This document shows, piece after piece, positions 28,524-36,370 of a stretch of DNA of 64,000 bases (position 1 is its first letter; each line of letters begins with the position of its first letter). A program made the translations under genes and the position numbers. The stretch is from contig CAZEHA010000001.1 of the NCBI GenBank assembly GCA_964511665.1, positions 24,823 to 88,822 of the forward strand, written 5' to 3'. Origin of the DNA: an uncultured Bacteroidales bacterium (GTDB lineage: Bacteria; Bacteroidota; Bacteroidia; Bacteroidales; ML635J-15). Under the pieces are notes generated by a model. The model worked only from the letters and a program-made list of their open reading frames with translations. It did not search any database and was not told the DNA's origin.

Positions 28524-28628
28524 GGTTCTTCGGACACTGGGGATTCGTAAAAACAATGGTTGCTTCGAGTGCTTCGAGAGCCTCAGCAACCTCAGCAACC
28601 TCAGCAACTTTAGCGTCCACGCTGGCTG
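28524..28628. repeat. Right composite arm (mirror image of the left arm)
   Basis: Contains GCTTCGAG x2 (28562-28579), CCTCAGCAA x3 (28581-28607) and then ..AGCGTCCACGCTGGCTG. One additional plus-oriented unit, GGTTCTTCGGACACTGGGGATTCG, lies at about 28524-28547. Confidence 0.9.
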
Positions 28629-28675
28629 CATAAAAAGCATATTCCAATTCCATATCCCTTTTTTTTGTTTACTTT

Positions 28676-29938
28676 GTGAAAGAATTAAACCATGATGTAG
28701 TGGATAGTTTTGTATTTGTAGTGTGCGGAGCAAAAGCTTTTATTAGCGAATTGAATTTCTCGCTTCGGTTTTTGCGGCACTTCAGTCAACACCGCATTGT
28801 GGTTCTCACCGACAGCCGCCGCAACGAAATTCCCATCGATCACAACGATATCATCGACGTTGAAACCCCACAGCATCTGGCACACCATCAGGCACACCTC
28901 TGGCTCGAAACACGCCTGCCCGAATATATGAACCTGCAAGCCGGCGACCGCTGCTGCTATCTCGACTCGGATGTGGTAGCCATCAACGAAAAGGTAAACC
29001 ACATATTCTCTCACTATCATGCCCCCATCACTGCAGCATACGACCATTGCAGCATCGACTATTTCAGCGTGGGCGTGGTAAATTGCCAATGTCGCAGCGA
29101 ATTCCAAGAGATAGAAGCACAATTTGCCATGATGCTGAACTATTTCCCCAATATTCAACTAAACGAAGCCCACATACAGCAGCAACACGCAATGCTGAAA
29201 TCGGTATTCCGAAAAATGAAATTCAACCCGTTTGCCGATAAATGCAAAGGTATAGGCTACCTAAAAAAACGCTATCTAAAAAAACACAGCGATATAGTGT
29301 TGAACAACCAATTCCGTTTTTCGTTTGCCGACCACTGCTGGCGCAACATGCAAGGCGACATTATCGATTTCGATTACCCCTATTACTACGGCAAACTAAA
29401 GAAAGAGCACGGCATATACATACGCAACGCCAAATGGTTTCACCGCAGCGGCCGCGAACTGGCGCCTGTTACGCCGCATTGCAGCCACCTGCGGCAGTAT
29501 CTGAAAAAAAACTACGCGGTGAGCATTCCCAACAATTGGCAACACCGCAACGGAGGCGTGTTTTTGTTCGGGCACGAATCGAAAGATTTCTTCGCACAAT
29601 GGCACCAATACACCTTGGCCGAAATAGCAAAAGGCTATATTAAACCCTACGACGACCAGGCCACACTGGCCGTGTGCATGTGGCAACAAGGCATCGAAAA
29701 CAGTAATATATTGCCCGAGGACTTCAATTTTATTGCCGACCACGGCAACAAAAGCATTGGGTACTGCAGCACTAGAGGCTATACACGCAATGCTTTTGCC
29801 ACAAGCTGCAAGCCTGCGCTGCTGCATGTGTACAACGAATGGGGAAACCAAAGCTGGGATATCTGGCAATCGGTGTTGGAAACCGGACGAAAAAACGGCA
29901 TATTGCCAACAAACACCAAAAACTACAACAAGCTATGA
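28676..29938 (+). CDS. Uncharacterised DxD-motif protein, probable GT-A-fold (GT8-like) glycosyltransferase; paralog 1
   Basis: Motifs CYLDSDVVAI (DxD), NGGVFLF and DDQATLAV mimic the GT8 order YLDxD / NsGvll / DQD.LN. It is about 40% identical by eye to the next gene. The start is uncertain: GTG at 28676 or GTG at 28700 (VDSFVFVVCG aligns with MKAFVFVVCG of the paralog). Confidence 0.45.
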   Translation: MKELNHDVVDSFVFVVCGAKAFISELNFSLRFLRHFSQHRIVVLTDSRRNEIPIDHNDIIDVETPQHLAHHQAHLWLETRLPEYMNLQAGDRCCYLDSDVVAINEKVNHIFSHYHAPITAAYDHCSIDYFSVGVVNCQCRSEFQEIEAQFAMMLNYFPNIQLNEAHIQQQHAMLKSVFRKMKFNPFADKCKGIGYLKKRYLKKHSDIVLNNQFRFSFADHCWRNMQGDIIDFDYPYYYGKLKKEHGIYIRNAKWFHRSGRELAPVTPHCSHLRQYLKKNYAVSIPNNWQHRNGGVFLFGHESKDFFAQWHQYTLAEIAKGYIKPYDDQATLAVCMWQQGIENSNILPEDFNFIADHGNKSIGYCSTRGYTRNAFATSCKPALLHVYNEWGNQSWDIWQSVLETGRKNGILPTNTKNYNKL

Positions 29939-31146
29939 AAGCATTTGTATTTGTGGTATGCGGAAGCCGCGAGCATGTCGATACGCTGAACTACAGCCTC
30001 AGGTTCATCAGGCACTTCAGCCGCTACCCCATTGTGGTGCTTACCGACCCCAAACGCAACGAAGTTCCCATAGTGCACAACACAATAATTGAAGTAGAAA
30101 CACCCGAACACTTCGACCACCACCAGGCTAGCATATATCTGAAAACCGGAATTCATAAGTTTCTCGACATGGCGCCGGGTAACATGTACTGCTACCTCGA
30201 CAGCGACATAGTAGCCATAAGCCCCGAAATAAACAGCATATTCGACTACTTTGCCGAGCCGATAATTTTTGCGCCCGACCACTGCCTTTTCGACGAATTC
30301 AGTCCCCACGCCATGAACTGCGGATGCCTGGCCGATACCATCAGGCGCAACAATCAATACAAAGAAGTGGATGCATTTTTTGCTCAAGAATTTTTTAAAA
30401 AACCCTGCAACGAAGAAAAAAAACAAGAACTCGACAGTTTGTTTGCTACCATGAACAAGCCGGGCATTACAAACACATTATACCGATTCATCTACGCTTT
30501 CAAACGATATCTGTTGCCTTTTGCATCGTTTCGGTTTGGTAGTTTCGTATTCAGGCGCAACACACGCATGTGGTTTACAGCACAAGGCGAGTATGTGGGT
30601 TTCGATTTCAAATATTATGCCCGCCAGTTGCGCCGCACTACAGGTCTTCATTTCGATGCCGGTACGGCAACATGGTTCAACTCAGCAGGCGAGAACATTA
30701 TGCCACGGGTAGCACAATGCGACCACCTCAGAAAATACTGCCTCGAAAAATACAACTGCAGCATTCCTGCCGATTGGAACCATTGCAACGGAGGCGTGTT
30801 TTTATTCAACCACCGGTCCATCGATTTTCTCGACTACTGGCACCGGCTTACTCTTGAGGAATTTGCCGACCCACGCACAAAAACACGCGACCAGGCTACA
30901 CTGGCCGTAAGCATGTGGAAATTTGGTCTGCAACACACGGCACGCCTAAAAAAAGAGTTTAATTTTATTACCGAATACGACAACACAAACACTGCCTGGC
31001 ATCCCGACAAAGGCTTCACATACAACGGCTTCAACACTGTGTTTACACCCTATTTTTTACACATCTACCACGAGTGGGGCCACAAGGGCTGGAGCATCTG
31101 GGATTATGTGGAGGAGCTGGTGAAGGAGAAACTTATGAAATTGTAA
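29935..31146 (+). CDS. Uncharacterised DxD-motif protein, probable GT-A-fold glycosyltransferase; paralog 2
   Basis: The ATG at 29935 overlaps the TGA of paralog 1 (ATGA). Shared blocks are FVFVVCG, LN.SLRF.RHFS, VVLTD, VETP.H..HHQA, CYLDSD.VAI, NC.C, C.HLR.Y, NGGVFLF, DQATLAV.MW, FNFI and Y.EWG..W.IW. Confidence 0.45.
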   Translation: MKAFVFVVCGSREHVDTLNYSLRFIRHFSRYPIVVLTDPKRNEVPIVHNTIIEVETPEHFDHHQASIYLKTGIHKFLDMAPGNMYCYLDSDIVAISPEINSIFDYFAEPIIFAPDHCLFDEFSPHAMNCGCLADTIRRNNQYKEVDAFFAQEFFKKPCNEEKKQELDSLFATMNKPGITNTLYRFIYAFKRYLLPFASFRFGSFVFRRNTRMWFTAQGEYVGFDFKYYARQLRRTTGLHFDAGTATWFNSAGENIMPRVAQCDHLRKYCLEKYNCSIPADWNHCNGGVFLFNHRSIDFLDYWHRLTLEEFADPRTKTRDQATLAVSMWKFGLQHTARLKKEFNFITEYDNTNTAWHPDKGFTYNGFNTVFTPYFLHIYHEWGHKGWSIWDYVEELVKEKLMKL

Positions 31147-31219
31147 CATTGGCGAAATAAATATTCCGAAGAACACACACAACATTTAAAACGTGGTGTC
31201 AAACAAATAATCTGGAGTC

Positions 31220-32395
31220 TTAGTATGGGGTGCCTGCAATATAGAACTCGATTTTAATTTCAGTTAACAATTTTGTCAAAACTTCTATTCTTTCATTAAC
31301 GGTGTCAATAGGAATTTTATTTTCGATTAAAGCGGAGTCAGAATTCTCTCCTTCATAATATTTAAGTAAAATAACGTGATTAAAATATTTCTGTTTCAGA
31401 ATTCTTTTAATACTGTTAATATCTTCAGTATCCTCGGTCGGAAATCCAATGATGAAATGTGTTTTTAAAAGGAACTTTGCATTAGCATCTCTAAATCTGG
31501 CAATGCATTTTTCAACATCTTCTACATTGTGTTTTCTCTTCATCAGCTTTAAAACTCTATTAGAAGCTGATTGTAGAGGCATCACTATTTCAACAATTGT
31601 TTTATTCTTAATATATTTAAGGAATGTATCTTGGTATTTTATTGCCCACATAGGGTGTAAGTTATCAATAACCCAACAGACCTTCCCAATTTTCAATTGT
31701 TCCTCGATATTATAACAGTAATCCAATAGGGTTTCAAAAGTTTGCCCACAATCAATCCCAAATGCACCTGTATCGTCGGCATTAAAAATGATCATATCAA
31801 ATCCATCTTCCCTCATTTTCTTGTAATTTCTACCTAAGTTCTCTAAAGAATAGCTCTTTACGGGACCTAAAGCTCTTCTCATTGTACAATAACTACAATT
31901 GTTATTACAGCCCTTGCTACTAATTAGAAGTGCCGGCTTCCTTTTAACTCTTTTGAAAATATTTTTTCGATCATATCTTTCAAACTGATTTAAATAGTAA
32001 TTACCGTATTGGTATTCTTTGTTAAATTCTGATGGTAATGGAATTTCGTTGAATTTAATTTTAAAATTTGGGAAAAGTGTATCGATTAAGTTTTCTAAAT
32101 CCTTTGTTGGAATCATTTCAAAACCAAATCTTTCCCTGAGTAAGTTTGGACTGATGCCTGGAGAACATCCAAGCAGTAGAATTCTTTTTCCTTTTCCTAA
32201 AATGGACTCAACAAAAGTTAAGGTTGATGCTTCAGTTTCGTCTACGACAGAACAAGTGAAAACAGAGACTACATTAGCCTCTTGAAGTGACGATTCTTTG
32301 TAACCATTAATAATAAAATAATCTTTTAACCGTTGCGCCTCAATTGCTCTCATCGGGCATCCTAATATTTCAATATAAAACTTTTGACACTCCAT
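31220..32395 (-). CDS. Radical SAM enzyme of the MiaB/RimO methylthiotransferase family, lacking a TRAM domain
   Basis: The N-terminal UPF0004-like domain has three Cys (LGCPMR, FTCSV, LLGCSP). The radical SAM site is GCNNNCSYC (CX3CX2C). The protein is 391 aa and ends right after the core, leaving no room for the ~60-aa TRAM domain. Confidence 0.65.
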   Translation of the reverse strand: MECQKFYIEILGCPMRAIEAQRLKDYFIINGYKESSLQEANVVSVFTCSVVDETEASTLTFVESILGKGKRILLLGCSPGISPNLLRERFGFEMIPTKDLENLIDTLFPNFKIKFNEIPLPSEFNKEYQYGNYYLNQFERYDRKNIFKRVKRKPALLISSKGCNNNCSYCTMRRALGPVKSYSLENLGRNYKKMREDGFDMIIFNADDTGAFGIDCGQTFETLLDYCYNIEEQLKIGKVCWVIDNLHPMWAIKYQDTFLKYIKNKTIVEIVMPLQSASNRVLKLMKRKHNVEDVEKCIARFRDANAKFLLKTHFIIGFPTEDTEDINSIKRILKQKYFNHVILLKYYEGENSDSALIENKIPIDTVNERIEVLTKLLTEIKIEFYIAGTPY

Positions 32396-32397
32396 AT

Positions 32398-33660
32398 CTA
32401 TTTTTTATTTATTTCCCAGGCCATAATTGGGTTTAATGGTCCAGGAAATGCATCTAACTTTGAAAATATCTGATGTTCTCTCATTTTTAAGTTATCTATC
32501 ATAAGAAAAGAAAATGCTGATTTTATATGTAAAGTTTCAAAATTTTCTTCGCAAGAAATAAAAACATCTGCGCTATATTCATTTGTATTGAAGAGAAATT
32601 TAGGAAATTCGACCGACACACTGTATTCACCTGACTCTTTAATATAAACTTGATCGGCGCTTGATTGTAAGGAATTGGTTGAAAGAAATACAAATCCCAT
32701 GTGAGCAAGATTAACACTTATATTAATTTTGAATTTGTCATTAAACTTCTGAAAAATAAAATCTATTTTAAAGTCTTTTTCCAATTCGATTGCACCTTCT
32801 GGAATTTTTCCATCTTGTGTTACCCCTATGCTAATAATTGAAACACCCATAGGAATAAGAGTTTCATTAATTCGTAATATATCCTTTGGGCTTAATTGCT
32901 TTGAATTTCTGACTATTTGGTGGGTTTCAATGCTTTTTAAATACATTGATATTGTTTGATTTATGTTTCCATTTGAAGAAATTTTACCATTTTCAAGATA
33001 AACAACCTTACTACAAAGTTGCATTATATCGTTTAAGTTATGACTTACAATAATTATTGTTTTTTTTGCAGAAAGCAATTCTAATATTTTTTTTGAGCTT
33101 TTTTGTTGAAAGGCACTATCCCCTACATTTAAAGCTTCGTCAAAAAGCATAATATCGGCATCAATATTAGAAACGAGAGAGAATGCCAATCTGATAAACA
33201 TTCCACTGGAGTAGTGTTTTACAGGAGTATCAATAAAATCGCCTATTTCACTAAATTCAACAATATGCTTAAATCGCTTTTGAATATGCTCTTTATTAAA
33301 ACCCAACAAACTTCCACTAAGAAACACATTTTCTCTACCTGTTAGGTCTGGGTGAAATCCCAGTCCGATTTCTAGGACCGATGCAATGCTTCCAAAAATT
33401 TCAACTTTTCCCGCAGTAGGTTTCGTAATTCCACTTAATATTTTCAGCAATGTACTTTTCCCTGCCCCATTAGGACCAATGATTCCCAAAGATTCTCCTT
33501 TTAAAATTTCTAAAGAAATACCTTCCAGCGCCCAAAACTTTTTTTTGTTTTTAATGTGCAGCAAACCAGTTAATGTAGTGACTTTATTAGTATCAACAAT
33601 CATGTATTGTTTTGAAACACCTGAAATCTTTATTGCAATATTTGAGTTTAGATTTTTCAA
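32398..33660 (-). CDS. Polysaccharide/O-antigen ABC exporter ATPase (Wzt/TagH type) with a ~170-aa C-terminal extension
   Basis: Contains WALEGISLEILKGESLGIIGPNGAGKSTLLK, YSSGMFIRLAFS and MLFDEALNVGDSAFQQK, the typical Wzt/KpsT/TagH signature. The C-terminal beta-rich domain is plausibly a Wzt_C-like glycan-binding module. Confidence 0.8.
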   Translation of the reverse strand: MKNLNSNIAIKISGVSKQYMIVDTNKVTTLTGLLHIKNKKKFWALEGISLEILKGESLGIIGPNGAGKSTLLKILSGITKPTAGKVEIFGSIASVLEIGLGFHPDLTGRENVFLSGSLLGFNKEHIQKRFKHIVEFSEIGDFIDTPVKHYSSGMFIRLAFSLVSNIDADIMLFDEALNVGDSAFQQKSSKKILELLSAKKTIIIVSHNLNDIMQLCSKVVYLENGKISSNGNINQTISMYLKSIETHQIVRNSKQLSPKDILRINETLIPMGVSIISIGVTQDGKIPEGAIELEKDFKIDFIFQKFNDKFKINISVNLAHMGFVFLSTNSLQSSADQVYIKESGEYSVSVEFPKFLFNTNEYSADVFISCEENFETLHIKSAFSFLMIDNLKMREHQIFSKLDAFPGPLNPIMAWEINKK

Positions 33661-34535
33661 ATTAAGTCAGCAATTTTATGTTCAATTTTCTTGAAGTAAA
33701 CAATCCCACTAATAAACAAAATTAATACAGGAATAAAACCAAGTAAATAACGAATATTGGGAACTGCCGAATTTGTAATTGACCATCTCAAACATTCTAA
33801 AACACCTGCCATTGGATTAAAATAAAGGAAAAAATTATATTCCTCAGGAATCATTGTTCCAGGGTAAAAAACAGGAGTAACAAACATACCAAAACCTATT
33901 ATATAGGGGATTATTTGAAAAAAGTCTCGATATCTTATACTGAGCGCGCTGACCCAAAATGTAATTGACAAACCAGTAACAAGTAACATAACAACAATTA
34001 AAGGAAGCATTAAAATATTCACCGTAACAGGAATTTGGTAAAATATCATTAAAACAATTATAATACTAAACCACACCATCAATTCAAACAAACTAACCAA
34101 TGCCTTAGACATGGGCAAAGCAATCTTTGGAAATGCTAGTTTTCTTATCAGATGTTGAGCATTTAATAGAGCCATACCTCCAAAACCTGTGAGATAACTA
34201 AAATTATACCATGCCATTAGGCCAATGCTACAAAAAATGATGTACGGTACTTCTCCAGTAGTAATATGCAGTAAATGACCAAAAAACAGGGTGAAAACAA
34301 TTATACTAACAAAAGCCTGCACATAACTCAGCAAGGGTCCTAGCAAAGTTTGAGCATATCGGCTCTTGAGTTCAATACGAGCAAAAAAGACAATTATCCT
34401 AAAATCGGATACCAAGTTCCTAATATAACACGTAAAAGACACTGGGGTGCTGTCATAAATAATATGATTGTTTTTTTCTTTCATTCTTTCAATCAAGAAA
34501 TGTAAAAATAACATTTTTTTGCGTTCATTTACCAA
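33657..34535 (-). CDS. ABC-2 type polysaccharide exporter permease (Wzm)
   Basis: Six TM helices, with ELKSRYAQTLLGPLLSYVQ typical of the Wzm/TagG N-terminus. There is a 4-nt overlap with wzt. The true start may be an internal Met (MLFLHF or MKEKNN). Confidence 0.75.
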   Translation of the reverse strand: MVNERKKMLFLHFLIERMKEKNNHIIYDSTPVSFTCYIRNLVSDFRIIVFFARIELKSRYAQTLLGPLLSYVQAFVSIIVFTLFFGHLLHITTGEVPYIIFCSIGLMAWYNFSYLTGFGGMALLNAQHLIRKLAFPKIALPMSKALVSLFELMVWFSIIIVLMIFYQIPVTVNILMLPLIVVMLLVTGLSITFWVSALSIRYRDFFQIIPYIIGFGMFVTPVFYPGTMIPEEYNFFLYFNPMAGVLECLRWSITNSAVPNIRYLLGFIPVLILFISGIVYFKKIEHKIADLI

Positions 34536-34637
34536 GATTTACTTCATAATTATTAAGAGGATCATGCAGTTAGATAATCCTCGAAAAACCATGTCTGAAT
34601 AAAGTAAGATAATACTTCATTTTGAATTCTCCCCCCC

Positions 34638-36068
34638 CTACTCCCCCATCACCCCCAAAATAAGTAGAGGTACATCGGTGTTGTCGATAAAGCGGCCAAA
34701 CACTTCGGCGCCTTTGCCTGCGGCAAACACCGGCACAGGGCTGGCTGTGTGGTAGTAGGTGCTGAACCCGATTCCGGCGCGCCGGGCTACAATACGAACG
34801 GCTTCGGCTGCTATGGCCTGGTTGCCGCCATACAATTCGCGCTCTTCGGCTTCGCTCAATTTGGTTTTTCCGGTAGCGTAGTTGTAGGCCGCTTGCAGTG
34901 CCTGCGTTTCGGCAGAACTAAGCTGTACATTTTCGGCAAAAAAATGCTTGCGTAAAAACTGCAACACCGCATCGAAACTATCGCCACGCTGCAACATGGT
35001 TTTCAGTTGCAATTCGGCATATCCTGCCGACATACGCTGCATGTCGAGATGCTGCAGGTGCAAATCGTATTCATACAAACTCATTCCCGGCGACAAGCCT
35101 CCGGTTTCGTGGTCAGAAGTAACCACAATCAAGGTTTCGTCGGGGTGTTTCTTCATAAATTCGAGCGCAACGCCTATGGCCTTGTCGAAATCGATAACTT
35201 CGTGAACTATTGAGGCGGCATCGTTGTAGTGTGCCGCCCAGTCGATAAGGCCGCTTTCGGCCATAATAAAAAAACCGTTGTCGCCATACAAGGCAGCAAT
35301 GGCAGCCTCAAGCAAATGGCTCATGCTATACCCGCCCAGCCTTGCGCGGTCGATACTCAGCGGCATTTCCGATTCGCTCAGCAGCACTTTGTTTATAAGA
35401 ATGCTTTTGTTCGAATAGGCATGCTTCTTTACATCCACCGAATCGCCAATCAGGCTGTAACCGTTGCGCGCAGCAATATCGAGCAAACTTTCCATATCGT
35501 TGTTGCGCCCTGTGTTATAGCGGAAGCCACCACCTGCAAAAAACGGAAAACCGCTTTCGCAGAGTTGCCGGCCTATATCGTAATAGCTGTTACGCTTATC
35601 GGAATGGGCATAAAAAGCAGCCGGAGTGGCGTGGTCGATGCTCACGGTGCTAACTATACCAACCGGGTAGCCTTTTTTGTGAAGTTTGCTAGCTATCGAC
35701 TCGAGGTCGGTCGATTTGTCGGAGCTTTTGCCAAGCACTCCAAATGCGGTTTTTTCACCGCTTGCCAAGGCCGTGCCGGCAGCAGCGCTGCATGTAATCA
35801 GATTGTTGTGGCAATAGGTGCGACACAGCCCCACCACCGGCAAGCTGCTCATAGCCAAAGGCTTCATCAGCGTATCGCCGGCGTTCAGGCCAAGATATGC
35901 CTCGGTAAGAGCCACATGAGTCAGCCCCATGCCATCGCCAATAAACAAAAACACATATTTAATTTTTGGCGCTTCGTCGGGTTGTTTTGCAGTGCACGAA
36001 GCCAAGCAAACCATGCCGATAGAAATAAGGGCAATAATTGCAAAAAAATGTTTTCGGGTTGTTTTCAT
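34638..36068 (-). CDS. Alkaline phosphatase (PhoA family), lipoprotein
   Basis: The start is at the ATG at 36068 (MKTTRKHFFAIIALISIGMVCLASC). Contains FIGDGMG, the SAAAGTALASG active-site region, and DWAAH....SDHETGG metal ligands. Confidence 0.85.
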   Translation of the reverse strand: MKTTRKHFFAIIALISIGMVCLASCTAKQPDEAPKIKYVFLFIGDGMGLTHVALTEAYLGLNAGDTLMKPLAMSSLPVVGLCRTYCHNNLITCSAAAGTALASGEKTAFGVLGKSSDKSTDLESIASKLHKKGYPVGIVSTVSIDHATPAAFYAHSDKRNSYYDIGRQLCESGFPFFAGGGFRYNTGRNNDMESLLDIAARNGYSLIGDSVDVKKHAYSNKSILINKVLLSESEMPLSIDRARLGGYSMSHLLEAAIAALYGDNGFFIMAESGLIDWAAHYNDAASIVHEVIDFDKAIGVALEFMKKHPDETLIVVTSDHETGGLSPGMSLYEYDLHLQHLDMQRMSAGYAELQLKTMLQRGDSFDAVLQFLRKHFFAENVQLSSAETQALQAAYNYATGKTKLSEAEERELYGGNQAIAAEAVRIVARRAGIGFSTYYHTASPVPVFAAGKGAEVFGRFIDNTDVPLLILGVMGE

Positions 36069-36168
36069 CAATCTCGCTCTTTGTTCATTGCAAATGTAAC
36101 TGATTTGGCCATGGTTTGTTGCCAAAAGCTTACTTTTTAAACAAAACATAACATTGCAGGTCTAATAT

Positions 36169-36250
36169 GCAACAAGCGTCCATGCATATGCAGCAAGCGT
36201 CCACGCTTGCTGCGAATCACCCTCTCATGAAGCAAGCACCACGCTTGCTG
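36169..36250. repeat. Three tandem copies of an AGCAAGCG-TCCA-CGCTTGCT-type hairpin module
   Basis: 36190-36213 is GCAGCAAGCG-TCCA-CGCTTGCTGC, a perfect 10-bp stem. 36231-36249 is AGCAAGC-ACCAC-GCTTGCT. A degenerate copy, CAACAAGCGTCCATGCA, lies at about 36170. The core is related to AGCGTCCACGCTGGCTG at 28612-28628. Confidence 0.85.
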
Positions 36251-36288
36251 CCCTGGCACAAGCCAACAGATGAAAAAATCAGCATATA

Positions 36289-36370
36289 GATACATTATGG
36301 ATATTTAAATAAAAAACATTATATTTGTATGGATAAATTATGGATACATTATGGATAAATATTTAAATAA
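36289..36370 (+). repeat. ~25-bp direct repeat duplicating the fic start-codon region
   Basis: GATACATTATGGATATTTAAATAAA (36289-36313) matches GATACATTATGGATAAATATTTAAATAAA (36343-36370). The second copy contains the fic ATG at 36351. Confidence 0.8.
36320..36327 (+). promoter_or_regulatory. -7 box TATATTTG for fic
   Basis: Matches TAnnTTTG, 24 nt upstream of the ATG at 36351. Confidence 0.4.

Larger units (their letters stand above)
27976..28628. mobile_element. Candidate miniature element: a GIY-YIG gene enclosed by inverted composite repeat arms
   Basis: The outermost 12 nt are perfect inverted copies (CAGCCAGCGTGG at 27976-27987, CCACGCTGGCTG at 28617-28628). The module order inside the arms is mirrored. 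The interior is AT-rich and holds a single 88-aa nuclease ORF. Mobility is inferred, not shown. Confidence 0.35.

Noticed and set aside
29242-29869. 133-aa (plus) and 157-aa (minus) ORFs inside DxD paralog 1, and similar ORFs inside paralog 2 (29923-30426, 30570-30857)
   Set aside because: They are alternative-frame ORFs in a GC-rich gene, with Arg/Pro/Ala-rich composition. The main frames are supported by paralog-to-paralog conservation.
31220-34535. Reading the radical SAM plus ABC transporter genes as a RiPP (sactipeptide/ranthipeptide-like) biosynthetic cluster
   Set aside because: The ATPase and permease have the Wzt/TagH and Wzm (ABC-2 polysaccharide exporter) signatures rather than peptide-exporter or peptidase-fused ABC features. 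The radical SAM enzyme lacks a SPASM-type C-terminus. I found no short precursor-like ORF adjacent. It cannot be fully excluded without HMM searches.
35229-36140. 303-aa plus-strand ORF inside the alkaline phosphatase gene
   Set aside because: It is antisense to a gene with clear PhoA active-site motifs. Its translation is Ala/Gly/His-rich and low-complexity, typical of a GC-rich shadow frame.
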